Assembly (NCBI GenBank): GCA_965224025.1
Contig: OZ245033.1
Span: 4,608,001-4,672,000 of the forward strand
DNA: 64,000 nucleotides
Direction of reading: 5' to 3'
DNA from: Candidatus Multivorans sp.
GTDB lineage: Bacteria; Acidobacteriota; Thermoanaerobaculia; Multivoradales; Multivoraceae
The first letter of the stretch is position 1. Each line of letters starts with the position of its first letter. The notes beneath the pieces were generated by a model, which had not been told where the DNA came from, did not search any database, and saw only the letters and a list, made by a program, of their open reading frames with translations. This document shows positions 27,595-41,574 of this stretch, piece after piece. The translations under genes and the position numbers were made by a program.

Positions 27595-27825
27595 TCAGCC
27601 AAGCAGACGGTCGACCGCCGTCGCCAACGCGAGCAGGACGCCTACGACGAGGACCATGCGCCAAGTCAAATCGGCGCGAAGCGTCTCCAAGTCCGATTTT
27701 GTCGCCACGCCCTCCGTTACCGCGGCCCGGATCGCTTCGGTGACAGCCTCCGCCTGAGCGGCTTCCAAACCCGACTCCGCCAACTTGCGGGCCGTTGCCA
27801 AGGTGTCGAACGTTGCCGTAGCCAT
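27595..27825 (-). CDS. DUF1640/CCDC90-like small coiled-coil membrane-anchored protein
   Basis: FDTLATARKL..SG....QAEA...VATKSDL followed by a C-terminal hydrophobic helix. Confidence 0.8.
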   Translation of the reverse strand: MATATFDTLATARKLAESGLEAAQAEAVTEAIRAAVTEGVATKSDLETLRADLTWRMVLVVGVLLALATAVDRLLG

Positions 27826-27936
27826 GACGGTCTAGGCTAGCTGAATCCCACAGCGGCACGGGCCTCGTGACTCGCCATCGACAGGACCACTACCCGAGGC
27901 CGACGATTGGCTTCGGATGCGGGCAACGATGCCCGC

Positions 27937-29415
27937 CTACGTGCCGTCGCCGACCAAGTCCCCCACCAGTCCCCAGAACTTCGTCTTCCTGTCATGGGTC
28001 TGCAGCAGATTCGCCAAGTACTCGTCGTGGGAGTGGAAGCCGCGGTAGTCGCTGATCCTCTGCGCCAGCCCGGTGCATTCCAGAAGTTGCCTCGCCGCGT
28101 GCCGGTAGCGGGTGGAACGCGCGTTGCCCAGTGTGAAGTCCATCAGCGCCCGCAGCGCCAGGGTCGCCGCGAGGGGATGGTCAGAGGCCAGTGAGGAGAC
28201 CGCAGCATTCAAGGTGCCGTAGAGACCACCATTCAGTTCCCTCGCTCTTCGCACGATGAGAGCGGCGGCGCCTGGCAGATCGGGCCAAGCGAGCAGAAAG
28301 GCGAGCGCCTTGTGCACGTCGTGGTAGTCGGCGGCGCAGGCCAGGGCGGTTTCCGTTGCCGCCTCCTTCTCGGAAGCCGGCAATCGTTTCAGGTATGCGC
28401 TCAGGCGCTCCGAGTCGAGTCTGCTCTCGAAGTCCATCCACCGATTGGCCTGAGCCTCGGCGCTCCGACCGAGCGCATCCAGAACGGCGATTCTGGCATC
28501 GCTCCATTCCCTCCTGGGGTGTGGGCCGCTGTCCGTTGCATGATCGGCCTCCTGGAGAATCTCCAGCGCTTCCTCCGCCCGATTTGCAGCGAGGAGCCGC
28601 TGCGCGATCTCAGCCGCGAAGACCGGGGTCGTCCGCCGTTGCTGGTCGAACTGGGCCACGAAGGCGTCCACGTCTCCCCGCGCGTCGGCGATGTCCGTTA
28701 GAGCCTGAGGGACGGTGTACTTCAGCAGATAAGAGACATCGCGCCTTCCGCCGTTGTCCGCGTCGCCTGCGGCCCAAGGGCCGGCCACGACGTTGCTCGG
28801 CGCAGCGTCGGACGCGGCGCCACCCCTGCTGTCCCGGAATGCGAGCACCTTCCGCCGCAAGTGATCCAGGCCCGTCTCGCCCAGTGCGGGCGCCAGCTCG
28901 CCGATCAGGCCGTCGTACTGACCCAGGGTGTTGCTCAACAGTGCCTCGAAGACCTTTCCGGAGAGCTTCACCGGGTCGGGTCGGGCCGCCTCCGTGGCAC
29001 GTCCGAGGTCCGCCCGGGCACGCCGGAACACATCGCCGACGAGGCCATCGCTGTCGTCGCACCGTTGAAGGACCCGATCCGCCACGCTCATGAATCGCCA
29101 GAGAACGTCCACAGCCAGCTTTGGGTCGCACCCGGCCACAAACGTCTCGATCGCTTCCCGTTGCGTGTCCAGATCCCGGGCCAACCGGCCGGCGCGCGAG
29201 CGGCGGACGAACGTCCTGGAGTGCGCTAGCGCAGTCAACCGCTTGCGTATCTCGCTGGCCGCCGCCTTCGGACTCTCCGCAGCGGCGATCTCCAGCCTGA
29301 GGACCCGCTGGGCAGCCGCGTCGTGGGACGTCGCGTCGATGAGCAGCTCCGCGAGGCGTCGAGCCCCCAGCGAAACCAGGGTCGCAGTGTTCAGTCCGCT
29401 CTTCTTCGCCACCAC
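27937..29415 (-). CDS. DUF6880-like helical protein
   Basis: [51 protein letters not shown]. Confidence 0.75.
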   Translation of the reverse strand: MVAKKSGLNTATLVSLGARRLAELLIDATSHDAAAQRVLRLEIAAAESPKAAASEIRKRLTALAHSRTFVRRSRAGRLARDLDTQREAIETFVAGCDPKLAVDVLWRFMSVADRVLQRCDDSDGLVGDVFRRARADLGRATEAARPDPVKLSGKVFEALLSNTLGQYDGLIGELAPALGETGLDHLRRKVLAFRDSRGGAASDAAPSNVVAGPWAAGDADNGGRRDVSYLLKYTVPQALTDIADARGDVDAFVAQFDQQRRTTPVFAAEIAQRLLAANRAEEALEILQEADHATDSGPHPRREWSDARIAVLDALGRSAEAQANRWMDFESRLDSERLSAYLKRLPASEKEAATETALACAADYHDVHKALAFLLAWPDLPGAAALIVRRARELNGGLYGTLNAAVSSLASDHPLAATLALRALMDFTLGNARSTRYRHAARQLLECTGLAQRISDYRGFHSHDEYLANLLQTHDRKTKFWGLVGDLVGDGT

Positions 29416-29504
29416 ATCCTCCTGCGCCCGTCTTCACCAGCATCCGCGGCTGGCCCGAAGGCACGCAGTCTACGCGGCGCCGGTGTGTGGGCGCGCCAGA
29501 AGTA

Positions 29505-29651
29505 CGCGCGTTCGTGCCACGGTTGCAGTTGGCGCACGACCAGCGCTTCGGTGAGCTGGTCCAAGTATCGACGGACCGTGGTGTCGGAGACTCCGAAGGA
29601 GCGCCCAAACTCGGAACCGTTCCGGATCAGCCCGTGTCAGTGCGCGAGCAT
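29505..29651 (-). pseudogene. Remnant of AAA_14/DUF4143 ATPase
   Basis: Translates [46 protein letters not shown], with an in-frame stop. Confidence 0.7.
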
Positions 29652-29677
29652 GGCCCCGCCCGCGAACCCGGTGGCGG

Positions 29678-30760
29678 CTACTCGCCGAGGCAAATGCCGA
29701 GGTCGCGGGCGGTGGCGACGACGTCGGCTTCGAGGGGGACGCTCTTCATGCGGCAGACGGCACGTTCGAGGGGGACGGCGCGCACCGTGGGCGGGTCGAG
29801 GGCGACCATGACGCCGAACTTGCCCTCTTCGATTTGGCGGACGGCGGCGGCGCCGAAGCGCAGCGCGATCAGGCGGTCGTAGGGAATCGGTTGGCCGCCG
29901 CGCTGGAGATGGCCCAACGTCACGGTCCGGGTCTCCTTGCCGGTGCGTTCGTGAATCTCGGCGGCTACGCACTCGGCGACGCCGCCCAGGCGCTCGACCC
30001 GGCCGCCTCCGACGCCCTTCGACCACGTGAAGTCGCCGCCGATCGGCCGGGCGCCCTCGGCCGCCACGACCACAGCCGAGTGCCGGCCGCGTCTCTCACG
30101 CGCCATCAGGTGATCGCAGACTTCCTCCATGTCGTATGGGATCTCGGGGATCAGGACGACCTGGGCGGTCGCCGCGACGCCGGCAAACAGGGCGATCCAG
30201 CCGGCGTAGCGGCCCATCAACTCGACGACGAAGATGCGGTCGTGCGCCTCGGCGGTCGAATGCAGGCGTTCGATCGCCGCCGTCGCCACGTCGACGGCGG
30301 TGTGGAAGCCGAAGGTGACGTTGGTGCCGGCCAGATCGTTGTCGATCGTCTTCGGCACGCCGACCACCGGCACGCCGAGACCATGCAGCTTGAGCGCCAG
30401 CCGCATCGAGCCGTCGCCTCCCACGGCCACCAGGGCGTCGAGGCCGAGACGATGGAAGCCCGCGACGGCTTCCTCGGTTACGTCCTCCACGACGACCGAG
30501 CCGTCGTCCTGCTCGCCCCGGCGCTCGAACGGGTTCGCGCCGCTGCGAGTGCCCAGGATGGTGCCGCCGAGGTGGGTCGTGCCGCGCACCGCGTCGCGGT
30601 CGAGGATGCGGATCTGGCTGGGGTCGAAGAAGGCGCCGTAGCCGCGCAGAAGGCCGACGACCTCCCAGCCGCGGCGGATCGAGGCCAGGGTCACCGCCCG
30701 GATCACCGCGTTGAGGCCGGGTGCGTCGCCGCCGCCGGTGCTGATGCCGACCCGCTTCAT
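29678..30760 (-). CDS. pfkA: 6-phosphofructokinase (PfkA family)
   Basis: TGGGDAPGLNAVIR, GGTILGT, GGDG, PKTIDND, ELMGR, LGHLQRGG. Confidence 0.95.
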   Translation of the reverse strand: MKRVGISTGGGDAPGLNAVIRAVTLASIRRGWEVVGLLRGYGAFFDPSQIRILDRDAVRGTTHLGGTILGTRSGANPFERRGEQDDGSVVVEDVTEEAVAGFHRLGLDALVAVGGDGSMRLALKLHGLGVPVVGVPKTIDNDLAGTNVTFGFHTAVDVATAAIERLHSTAEAHDRIFVVELMGRYAGWIALFAGVAATAQVVLIPEIPYDMEEVCDHLMARERRGRHSAVVVAAEGARPIGGDFTWSKGVGGGRVERLGGVAECVAAEIHERTGKETRTVTLGHLQRGGQPIPYDRLIALRFGAAAVRQIEEGKFGVMVALDPPTVRAVPLERAVCRMKSVPLEADVVATARDLGICLGE

Positions 30761-30855
30761 CGAACTGTGGAGATTCGCACAGTGACGCGGTTACCGTCTA
30801 CCGCGTAGCGGCGGTTAGCGCCCGATGCGGGCGAGACGCCCGCGTGCCAGGGGCG

Positions 30856-31875
30856 TCAGTCCGAGTTCTCGAGGCGGGAGTACATCCGCTGGACCTCCAC
30901 GTCGGAGGGATTGCGGAAGCCGGTGTCCGACATGTCGATCGTCTCGATCGCCTCCTCGACGGAGACCCCAGCCGCGTGCTTCTCGGCGGTTCGCTGCCAG
31001 AGGGCGCGGTAGTAGTCCTGCGATTTCTCGATCGGACTCAGGTCGGTCATCGGCGTGCCATGTCCGGGAACGACGATGTCGAAGTCCAGCGCCTTGAGGT
31101 TCTCCAAGGTCCCGGGCCACTCGTCGACGTAGCCGTCACCGAGGAACGACGGTCCGCCGAACAGGATGTCGCCGGTGAAGACGAGCTTGTCCTGCGGGAA
31201 GTAGACCACCACGTCTCCGCCGGTGTGGGCCCGTCCCAGGAAGATGACCTGGATCTCGCGGCCGCCCCGGAACAGGGTCATCTTTTCGTTCATCGTCACG
31301 TCGGGCGGCAGCGGAGCGATCTCGTCGAAGTCCGCCGCGTGGGCGGCGAACATCGCGCGGTAGGTCTCGATCCCTTCGCGCTCCTCGTCGTCCTCGGCCG
31401 CCTCGATCTGCTCCGCGAGCCGCTCCAGCGTCGCAGCGTTCCCGGCCAGCCCACGCAGGTAGGTCGGCTCCTCGTGAGCGCCGGTCGCCAGTTTCATCCG
31501 CGTGTACTCGTGGCCGATGATCGGGATGTCGGCGAACTCCTGGTTGCCGTGGGCGTGGTCCCAGTGGTAGTGGGAGTTGATCAAGGCCGTGACGGGCTTG
31601 TCCGTAATCGCCGGAATCGAGGCGATCAGGTCGCGGGCCTTGGACGGCGTCACGTGGGAATCCACGATGACGACGTCCCCGTCGTTCACGATCACCAGCG
31701 AGTTGCTGTTGAACACCTGGGCCGTGGTCTGGGTCAGCCAGATGCCGTTCCGGACCTCCATGAAGCGGTGGGTGTCCGTGGTCGTGGTCCACTCCTGCGC
31801 CGACAGCGAACCCGCCGCAAACACCGTGGCCGCGGCGAGCGCGGCACGAATCGTCAGTCGAAGAGTGTGTCTCAT
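30856..31875 (-). CDS. Secreted metallo-beta-lactamase-fold hydrolase
   Basis: Signal peptide from ATG 31875; SHYHWDHAHGN, AHTGGD, FTGD, VPGHG. Confidence 0.88.
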   Translation of the reverse strand: MRHTLRLTIRAALAAATVFAAGSLSAQEWTTTTDTHRFMEVRNGIWLTQTTAQVFNSNSLVIVNDGDVVIVDSHVTPSKARDLIASIPAITDKPVTALINSHYHWDHAHGNQEFADIPIIGHEYTRMKLATGAHEEPTYLRGLAGNAATLERLAEQIEAAEDDEEREGIETYRAMFAAHAADFDEIAPLPPDVTMNEKMTLFRGGREIQVIFLGRAHTGGDVVVYFPQDKLVFTGDILFGGPSFLGDGYVDEWPGTLENLKALDFDIVVPGHGTPMTDLSPIEKSQDYYRALWQRTAEKHAAGVSVEEAIETIDMSDTGFRNPSDVEVQRMYSRLENSD

Positions 31876-31933
31876 GGATCCTCCCTCTCGTGGTCCGCCG
31901 ACTTCCGGCGGGACGCTAGAATACGCCAACCCG

Positions 31934-33511
31934 ATGGTGTTTTCCGTCTTCCCGATGCCCGTCGCAGCCAGACCGGCCCTCGCCTTGATCTGCTTCGCCG
32001 TTTTGGCCGCGACGGCCCCGGCGCGCGCGGAGGAGGACGACGGCGCATCGGCGGCCGCCGAGACGCCCCCTCCGCCCGGCCGCTGGGAGACCAGCCACTC
32101 GATCGATGTCGGCGGCGAGACGGTTGAGTACGACGCCGTCGTCACCGGAATCCAACTCGACAACGACGACGGCGTCCCGGCCGCACATCTCTGGTACACG
32201 GCGTACTTCCGGACGAACGGCGCGGCGCCGCGGGAGCGCCCCCTGGTGTTCTCCTACAACGGAGGCCCCGGCTCCGCGTCCTTCTGGCTGCACATGGGGA
32301 TCATGGGGCCGCGGCGCGTCGTGACCCCCGATGTCGGCCCGCAGGGAGCGCCGCCCTACCCTCTCGAGGACAACGCCTGGACCCTCCTCGACATCGCCGA
32401 CATCGTGATGGTCGATCCCGTAGGCACCGGCTTCAGCCATACCCTGGGCGAGACTCCGGGCGCCGATTACTGGGGCATCGACGAGGACGCGAAGTCGCTT
32501 GCCCAGTTCATCCGGCGGTTCCTCAGCGCGCACACCCGCTGGAACTCGCCCCGCTACCTGCTCGGCGAGAGCTACGGCACGACCCGATCGGCGGTGCTCG
32601 CCGCCCACCTGCAGCGCGCCAACATCGACCTGAACGGCATCGTCCTGGTCTCGTCGGTCCTGCAGTTCAACACGATCCAGTTCGCGCCCGGCGACGACCT
32701 CTCCTACGTCGTCAACCTGCCGTCCTACACCGTCGCCGCCCGCTACCTGGACGCGCTGCCGGAGGGCACACCGGCCGACCTCGAGACCCTGATGGCCGAG
32801 GTCGAGGAGTGGGCGCTCACCGAGTACGCCACCGCGTTGCTTCGGGGCAGCATGCTCGACCCGCACACTCGTGCCCGGGTGGTCGACCGCCTGCACCGCT
32901 ACACCGGTCTCTCGCGCGACTTCATCGACAAGTCGGACCTGCGGGTGACTGCTCCGGCCTTCGAGGCCGAGTTGCTGCGCGACGAAGGGAAGGTCGTCGG
33001 ACGGCTGGACGCGCGCTTCACCGGCCCGGCGGGGGACACGCTGGGGACCCGGCCTTCCCACGACCCGCAGTCCACGGCGATCAGCTCGGCCTACACGTCG
33101 GCGTTCAACAGCTACCTGCGGGGCGAACTCGGCTACGACGGCGACCGCGAGTACGTCCCGAGCGGCGCCGTCCGCGACTGGAACTGGGGGCGGGTGAACG
33201 CGGGCCGCTTCTCGCGCGGCGACGGTACACCGAACGTCGCCCCCGACCTCGCCGCCGCCATGCGCCGGAATCCAGCGCTCGAAGTTCTTCTGATCAACGG
33301 CCTGTACGACCTGGCGACACCCTACTTCGCGGCTGTCTGGACGCTCGACCACATGGGTCTGCCGCCGGAACTCAGGGCCAACATCCAGCGTGAGGACTTC
33401 GCCGCCGGGCACATGATGTACGTGGAGCAGTCCCTGCTGCCGCAATGGAAGGAAACGCTCGACGCCTTCATCCTGCGCACGTCGGGCCGCGCCGCGCCAG
33501 ACCTTGAGTAG
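31934..33511 (+). CDS. Secreted serine carboxypeptidase (peptidase S10)
   Basis: Signal peptide; NGGPGSAS, DPVGTGFS, GESYG nucleophile, YDLATP, AGHMMY. Start is 31934 or 31955. Confidence 0.9.
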   Translation: MVFSVFPMPVAARPALALICFAVLAATAPARAEEDDGASAAAETPPPPGRWETSHSIDVGGETVEYDAVVTGIQLDNDDGVPAAHLWYTAYFRTNGAAPRERPLVFSYNGGPGSASFWLHMGIMGPRRVVTPDVGPQGAPPYPLEDNAWTLLDIADIVMVDPVGTGFSHTLGETPGADYWGIDEDAKSLAQFIRRFLSAHTRWNSPRYLLGESYGTTRSAVLAAHLQRANIDLNGIVLVSSVLQFNTIQFAPGDDLSYVVNLPSYTVAARYLDALPEGTPADLETLMAEVEEWALTEYATALLRGSMLDPHTRARVVDRLHRYTGLSRDFIDKSDLRVTAPAFEAELLRDEGKVVGRLDARFTGPAGDTLGTRPSHDPQSTAISSAYTSAFNSYLRGELGYDGDREYVPSGAVRDWNWGRVNAGRFSRGDGTPNVAPDLAAAMRRNPALEVLLINGLYDLATPYFAAVWTLDHMGLPPELRANIQREDFAAGHMMYVEQSLLPQWKETLDAFILRTSGRAAPDLE

Positions 33512-33616
33512 CACGCTCCTCGCGCCCCGAAACGCAGCGGCCGCGTACCGAAGAGACAGCCTGGTACACTGTTACAACTTCAAATGCACCGGCGTTCCTT
33601 GCCCACGTCATCCGCC

Positions 33617-33870
33617 ATGAAGCTCGAGACCGAGCTGTTCGTCGAGGAAGCGATCTTCGACCGCGAGGGCACCTTCACCGAGCTCATGACCGGCAACCAC
33701 GGTTACATGTCGCGCAGCACCGCGCCGATCTACGGCGCCGGCGCCGCGCGCGTTTAACGTCAATCGAGGGTGAGCGGTCTCTTGCGTCCGATCGATGCGG
33801 AGACGTACTCGATACGGACCGCTGCCGCCACGAAGCCGCGCGAGTGCAACACGTGCCACCGCCGGATCGC
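33617..33870 (+). pseudogene. Remnant of DUF1592/DUF1588-type protein
   Basis: MKLETELFVEEAIFDREGTFTELMT...PIYG* (33617-33757), then CNTCHRRI (33845-33868) in another frame. Confidence 0.5.
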
Positions 33871-34033
33871 GGAACGCCGGGACTCGAATCGATCCAGGAC
33901 CGCTTCCGCGAGAACGACTCGGTCAAGGAACTCCTGGTTTCCATCGCCGCCAGCGACCTTTTCCGTAGGCACCCTGCTGGACTATCCTCTGCCAGCCGAG
34001 GGCCGTGACCACGCAACGCCTACGAGAGCTCGA

Positions 34034-36209
34034 ATGTCCGCGCGTCCAGGACCCAAAGCAACCAGGCGGTATCCCGGAGCCACCCTGAAACGCCCATTCG
34101 CCAAAGCGTCGAAAGCCCGAAGGCCCCCCGCTCGGCACCCGCCGCCGAGTGGATTGGTGGCCGGACAACGGCGCCCTTCTTCGTCCACGATCGCGCAGAG
34201 CCCTACCTCCCCGGTCTGGCGCTCTGGGTCGAACTGCCGAAGCAGCTCGTGGTGGGCCATGGAGTCTTCACGCCCGGTCAGGCCGAAGGCGCCCTCGCGC
34301 GTACCCTGCGCGGAGCGCTGGCGGCGCCCGACATCGGAAGGCCTCGCCGGCCCGCCTCCATCCGGGTTGCCGACGAGGAAGCAGCCGCCGAGATCCGCAA
34401 CGAGATCGGAGGCGACATACCGGTCGTCGTCGGCCCGACACCGGAATTGCACGATCTCTTCGAGGACCTGATCGAGGCCTTTTCGCAGTTCGAAGGAGAA
34501 CTCGAGGAAGAAGTCGAGGAACCCGGCTACCTGGATGGGGGCTTCGTCTCGCCCCCCGTCGTGGCAGCGCTGTTCGCCGCCAGCGGCCAGCTCTTCACGC
34601 GCCAGCCCTGGACGATGGGAGAGGATCCGCCCCTACTGCAGTTGGACATTCCGTCGCTCGGCGTCGACGGCGCATGCGTGGCGATCACCGGCCAGAGCGG
34701 CGAGAGTCGAGGCCTTCTCATCTTTCCGTCGATTGCCCACCTCAAGAGGTTCCAAGAAACAGCCGCACCAGCCGCGGACGATCCGAGGCTCGAGACGATT
34801 GCCGATCTGCTGGCGCTCTCATTCGAGTCCGCGGCCGATGTGCCGCCGGAGATGCGGCGCGAGGCGATGCGGCACGAATGGCGAGTAGTGAGCGCGGACG
34901 CCTACCCCATACTCGACGCACACGACCGGGAGGGCTTGCCGCGGCCGCTCGCGGTACGCGATCTGCAGATAGCGACACACTGTGCGGAGTCGCTGGCGAT
35001 GCTGCTGAACCGGCATCCCGCCCTCCTCGAGGACGACAGCGTACTGCCCGTCTGCGAGTCGTACTTCGAAGACGACGGCACGGAAGTACGGCTCACCGTT
35101 CCTTGCGGCGCGCTCGAACTCTTCGACCTGGAAGACGGCGAACCGATCGAGGCCGAAGGCGACGCAGTTCGCAGGAAGAACTGGCGTGGCTGGAGGCCCA
35201 GCGCGCCGCATGGCTCTCGGTCTGGGAAGTCGAGGACGTGAATCCGGGAGAGACCGTTGCCCTGCACGATCTGCTCTCGGGCGAACGGCGCATGGTGCGG
35301 GAGATCCTGGCCTCCAGGTCGCTCAATCTGCGGGATGCGGTCCTCGCCCGCGTCCTCGATCACGACGGCCTCTCGCTGCTCGCCGGCGTCCACGCGATCC
35401 CGCTGCCCCCCTTCGAGGCCGCGGATGTCGTCGACCACGCCCGGGCCCGCCTGAGGCGCAAAGGCGCCGTGCCGGTGGAACGCCTCCGGGATCCAGCCTT
35501 CGGGCGGTCCCTGATGCGCTACTGGGAGGAGGCAGTCGAAGAAGTCCGCCTGCGGAGCGCTCAACCCCCTGAACTGCGCAACCGGGACGGCGACCTCTTG
35601 CTGGTCACGGTGGATCGGTTCGATGTGGTGCGGGGCGCAAGGGAAGAAGTAGAAGACCTGGTAGCCGCACTCGAAGGCGTCGTGCCGGAGTCCGACGACG
35701 ACGAGCGGAGCGCCTGGGTGTTCCTCGAAAGCGGCAACGAAGCGCAGGAAGACGGCCGGAAGACCGTCCTCGGATGGATCCGGGTGCGGGCCGGGTCGCT
35801 CAGGATCGAAACGAACTCGCAGGCCCGGGCGGATGCGCTGCGGGCACGCGTCGAGGCAGCCTGCGGTTCACGCATCCGCCACCGCATCCGCGAGCACTCG
35901 AATCCGCTTCCACCCGCCGGACACACCGCGGCGGCGGCGCGGAACATGCCCTCGCTTTCACCCGAGGACGAGGCACGCGCCTCCGTCTACGCAGCGGAGC
36001 ACAAGGCGAAGCACTATGCCGCCTGGCCCGACCTGCCGCTGCCGGCGCTGAACCAGAGGACGCCGCGAGAGTGCGCCCGGACGGCTGCCGGGCGTCGAGA
36101 GGTCGATCTGGTCCTGAAACACATGGAAAACATGGAGCATCGCGCTGGCGGAGCGAACCAGTTCGACTTCTCGACCGTCCGCGAGGAACTCGGCATCAAC
36201 CCTCGCTGA
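34034..36209 (+). pseudogene. Frameshifted multidomain protein with C-terminal MbcA/ParS/Xre-like domain
   Basis: Frame-1 segment about 34130-35170 (EWIGG...LALWVELP...) and frame-3 segment about 35170-36209 (LSVWEV...WPDLPLPALNQRTPRE...VDLVLKHME). A further likely shift lies at the C6 run 34124-34129. Confidence 0.6.
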
Positions 36210-36243
36210 GAGGACGTCAACCCCACGAAGCACCACGCTCCGC

Positions 36244-36420
36244 ATGAAACACTCCGATCTCGCGAAGACACTTCCTGCAACTCGGCGGGATCGCTGCGCT
36301 CGGCGACGGCTGGCGCGGCTACCGCAACTACTGCCCCGTCCTCATCGGCGGCGCCTGGGCCTTCGATACCGGCCGCTACATGTACTGGCCCCACGTGACA
36401 CCCGCCCAGATGCGAGTCCC
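36244..36420 (+). pseudogene. Remnant of Tat-exported DUF1552-like protein
   Basis: Out-of-frame ISRRHFLQLGGIAALG (twin-arginine signal) closely followed by NYCPVLIGGAWAFDTGRY. Confidence 0.45.
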
Positions 36421-36673
36421 GTCACAGCTCGCCCCCGGCGGCCTCACGAAGTTCGCCGGCGTCCCCACCAACACCTCCTCGTCAGCGTCGCCCGCGCCAT
36501 GGGCCTCGACACCACCACGTCGGCCTCCGCCACGAGTATGGCCAACGCGGCGATCACATCGACCTCGCCGGACCACTCCCCGGACTGCGCGCGTAGCTGC
36601 CCGGCGCGGCGCGGTGTCGGTTACACTCGCCGGGCGAGGACCCCGCTGCGGGCGGCAGTAACCGACGCCGCCG

Positions 36674-38710
36674 CTACCGCGGCAAAGCGAAGGCGAGCAG
36701 TTCGGACTTGCGGGGCGGTTGGCGTCTGGGCCGCGCCGGTGCGTCGGCGATGGCCGTCGCTTCGACGGGGATGCCGGGGCCCGGCCGTTCGCCGCCGCCG
36801 GTTATCAGGATGTACTGGCGGCCTTCGTGCATGTACGTCATCGGGCCGCCGTGAAGGCCGCGCTCTACTTCGACCTGGGCGAGGAGTTCGCCGGTCGCCT
36901 TGTCGAAGGCGACGAGGTAGCTGCCGTTGGCCGACCGGTCTCCGAGCTCATCGACGATCGGTTCGATGGAGATGATGAGGGTCTTGGTCACCAGGACACC
37001 GCCTTCGGTGACGACGCCGTCCTGGGGCGGCGTGCCGAGTCGGCCGGGGTTCAGGTGCTTGATCGCCGGGTGGTCACGGGGCCCCTCCCCCAGCGGAACC
37101 TGCCACAGCATCTCGCCGCGGTTCATGTCGAACGCGGTGATCCGCCGGTAGGGCGGCTTGAGCAGGGGCAGGCCCTGGACCAGGGGCATGGCCCGGCGGT
37201 TGATCGAGTAGCGCCAGTCGGACCGCGCCGGGTCGGGCGGCGAGAGCGAGATGGCGCCTGGCCGCGTGAGCGAGGGCACGTAGAGGATGTTCGTCTCCGG
37301 ATCGAAGGAGGCGCCGGTCCAGTTCGCGCCACCGCCGGGACCCGGGTTCTGGAGGTAGGCCCGCTTGCCGTCCTGGCCGTGGACGATCGGCGGCGTGAAC
37401 ACCGGGCCGATCACGTAGTCCCGGATCACTTCGAGTGCCTCCGCCCGCAGCTCCGGCGTGAAGTCGGTCAGGTCCTCGTAGTCGATGCCGAGCGTCTCGA
37501 ACGGCGGCGGCCGGCTGGTGAACGGCTGGGTGCGCGAGAGCTTCTCGCCCGGTACCTGGGAATGGTAGTTGACCGGCGCCTCGACGATCGGCCACACATG
37601 CTCTCCCGTGGCCCGGTCGAACACGTAGGTCATCGCGACCTTCGAAACCACCGCCACCGCCTCGATGTCCTTGCCGTCGACCGTGATGTCGATCAGGTTC
37701 GGCGCCGAGGCCAGGTCATAGTCCCAGACGCCGTGGTGGATGGTCTGAAAGTGCCAGACGACCTCGCCGGTGCGGGCATCGAGACAGACGATCGACTCGG
37801 CATAGACGTTGTCGCCGTGCCGGTCGCCGCCGTAGTAGTCGTTGGTCGGCGTCCCGAAGGGCAGGTAAACGTAGCCGAGTTCCTGGTCGGCGCTCATCAT
37901 TGACCACACGTTCGTGTTGCCCATCTTCCGCCAGGACTCGTTCTCCCAGGTCTCGATGTAGGGCTCGCCCTCCCGCGGCACGGCGTGGAACGTCCACTTC
38001 AGCTCGCCGGTGCGGATGTCGAAACCGCGGACGTCCCCGGGCGGGTTGTTGTTGCGGAGCGGAAAGTCCCAGACCGTGCCGCCGATCACGATCGTGTCGG
38101 CCACGACGGTCACGGGCGCCGTCCAGTTCATATTGCGGTTCGCACGCCCCGGCAGGAGACCCTGCATCAGGTCGACGACGCCCTCCTCGCCGAACTCGGC
38201 GTCCGGCCTGCCGGTCTTCGTGTCGATGGACACCAACCGACCGCCGCGGGTCGCGACAAGGATGCGTTCCGCTTCGCCGTCGGTCCAGAACTCGATGCCG
38301 CGGATCTGGACCAGCGAACCGCGCTGCTCGATCTCCCAGTCCCTCGGATCGTGCCGCCAAAGCGCCTCGCCGGTCGCCGGATCGAGCGCCGCGACCTGAC
38401 CCAGGTTGGTGGCAATGTAGACCACGCCGTCGATCATCAAGGGCATGCCCCGGAACGGCCCGGGCATCTTGTCGGCCACGTCTTTCAGCAGAGAATCGGC
38501 TGACTTCCACCGCCAGGCGACCTCCAACTGATCGAAGTTGTCGCGGTCGATCTGGTCGAGGGGCGAGTACCGGGTCGAACCGCCGTCACCCGCGAAATGA
38601 CGCCACTCGCCGCCTTCCGCGCCATGCTGCGCCGCCGTCGGCGCCGCGACGGCCACAGCGGCCAAGAGGACGTAGAAACCTGGAACGATCCTCGGATCGA
38701 GGCTCGACAT
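36674..38710 (-). CDS. PQQ-dependent (quinoprotein glucose dehydrogenase-like) beta-propeller dehydrogenase
   Basis: Signal peptide; EWRHFAGD..STRYSPLDQI, WHFQTIHHGVWDYD, GGANW, KPPY.RITA, PMTY...GRQY. Start is 38710 or 38740. Confidence 0.9.
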   Translation of the reverse strand: MSSLDPRIVPGFYVLLAAVAVAAPTAAQHGAEGGEWRHFAGDGGSTRYSPLDQIDRDNFDQLEVAWRWKSADSLLKDVADKMPGPFRGMPLMIDGVVYIATNLGQVAALDPATGEALWRHDPRDWEIEQRGSLVQIRGIEFWTDGEAERILVATRGGRLVSIDTKTGRPDAEFGEEGVVDLMQGLLPGRANRNMNWTAPVTVVADTIVIGGTVWDFPLRNNNPPGDVRGFDIRTGELKWTFHAVPREGEPYIETWENESWRKMGNTNVWSMMSADQELGYVYLPFGTPTNDYYGGDRHGDNVYAESIVCLDARTGEVVWHFQTIHHGVWDYDLASAPNLIDITVDGKDIEAVAVVSKVAMTYVFDRATGEHVWPIVEAPVNYHSQVPGEKLSRTQPFTSRPPPFETLGIDYEDLTDFTPELRAEALEVIRDYVIGPVFTPPIVHGQDGKRAYLQNPGPGGGANWTGASFDPETNILYVPSLTRPGAISLSPPDPARSDWRYSINRRAMPLVQGLPLLKPPYRRITAFDMNRGEMLWQVPLGEGPRDHPAIKHLNPGRLGTPPQDGVVTEGGVLVTKTLIISIEPIVDELGDRSANGSYLVAFDKATGELLAQVEVERGLHGGPMTYMHEGRQYILITGGGERPGPGIPVEATAIADAPARPRRQPPRKSELLAFALPR

Positions 38711-38779
38711 TCGCAATCCCCTCAGGTCGGACCGGCGCATCTTACTGCGCTGTCGACGCTGCCCCTCGCGGTGTCGTAG

Positions 38780-41543
<2,764 letters not shown>

Positions 41544-41574
41544 GTGCCAAGGATACGGCGAGGGCCCGCAACGT

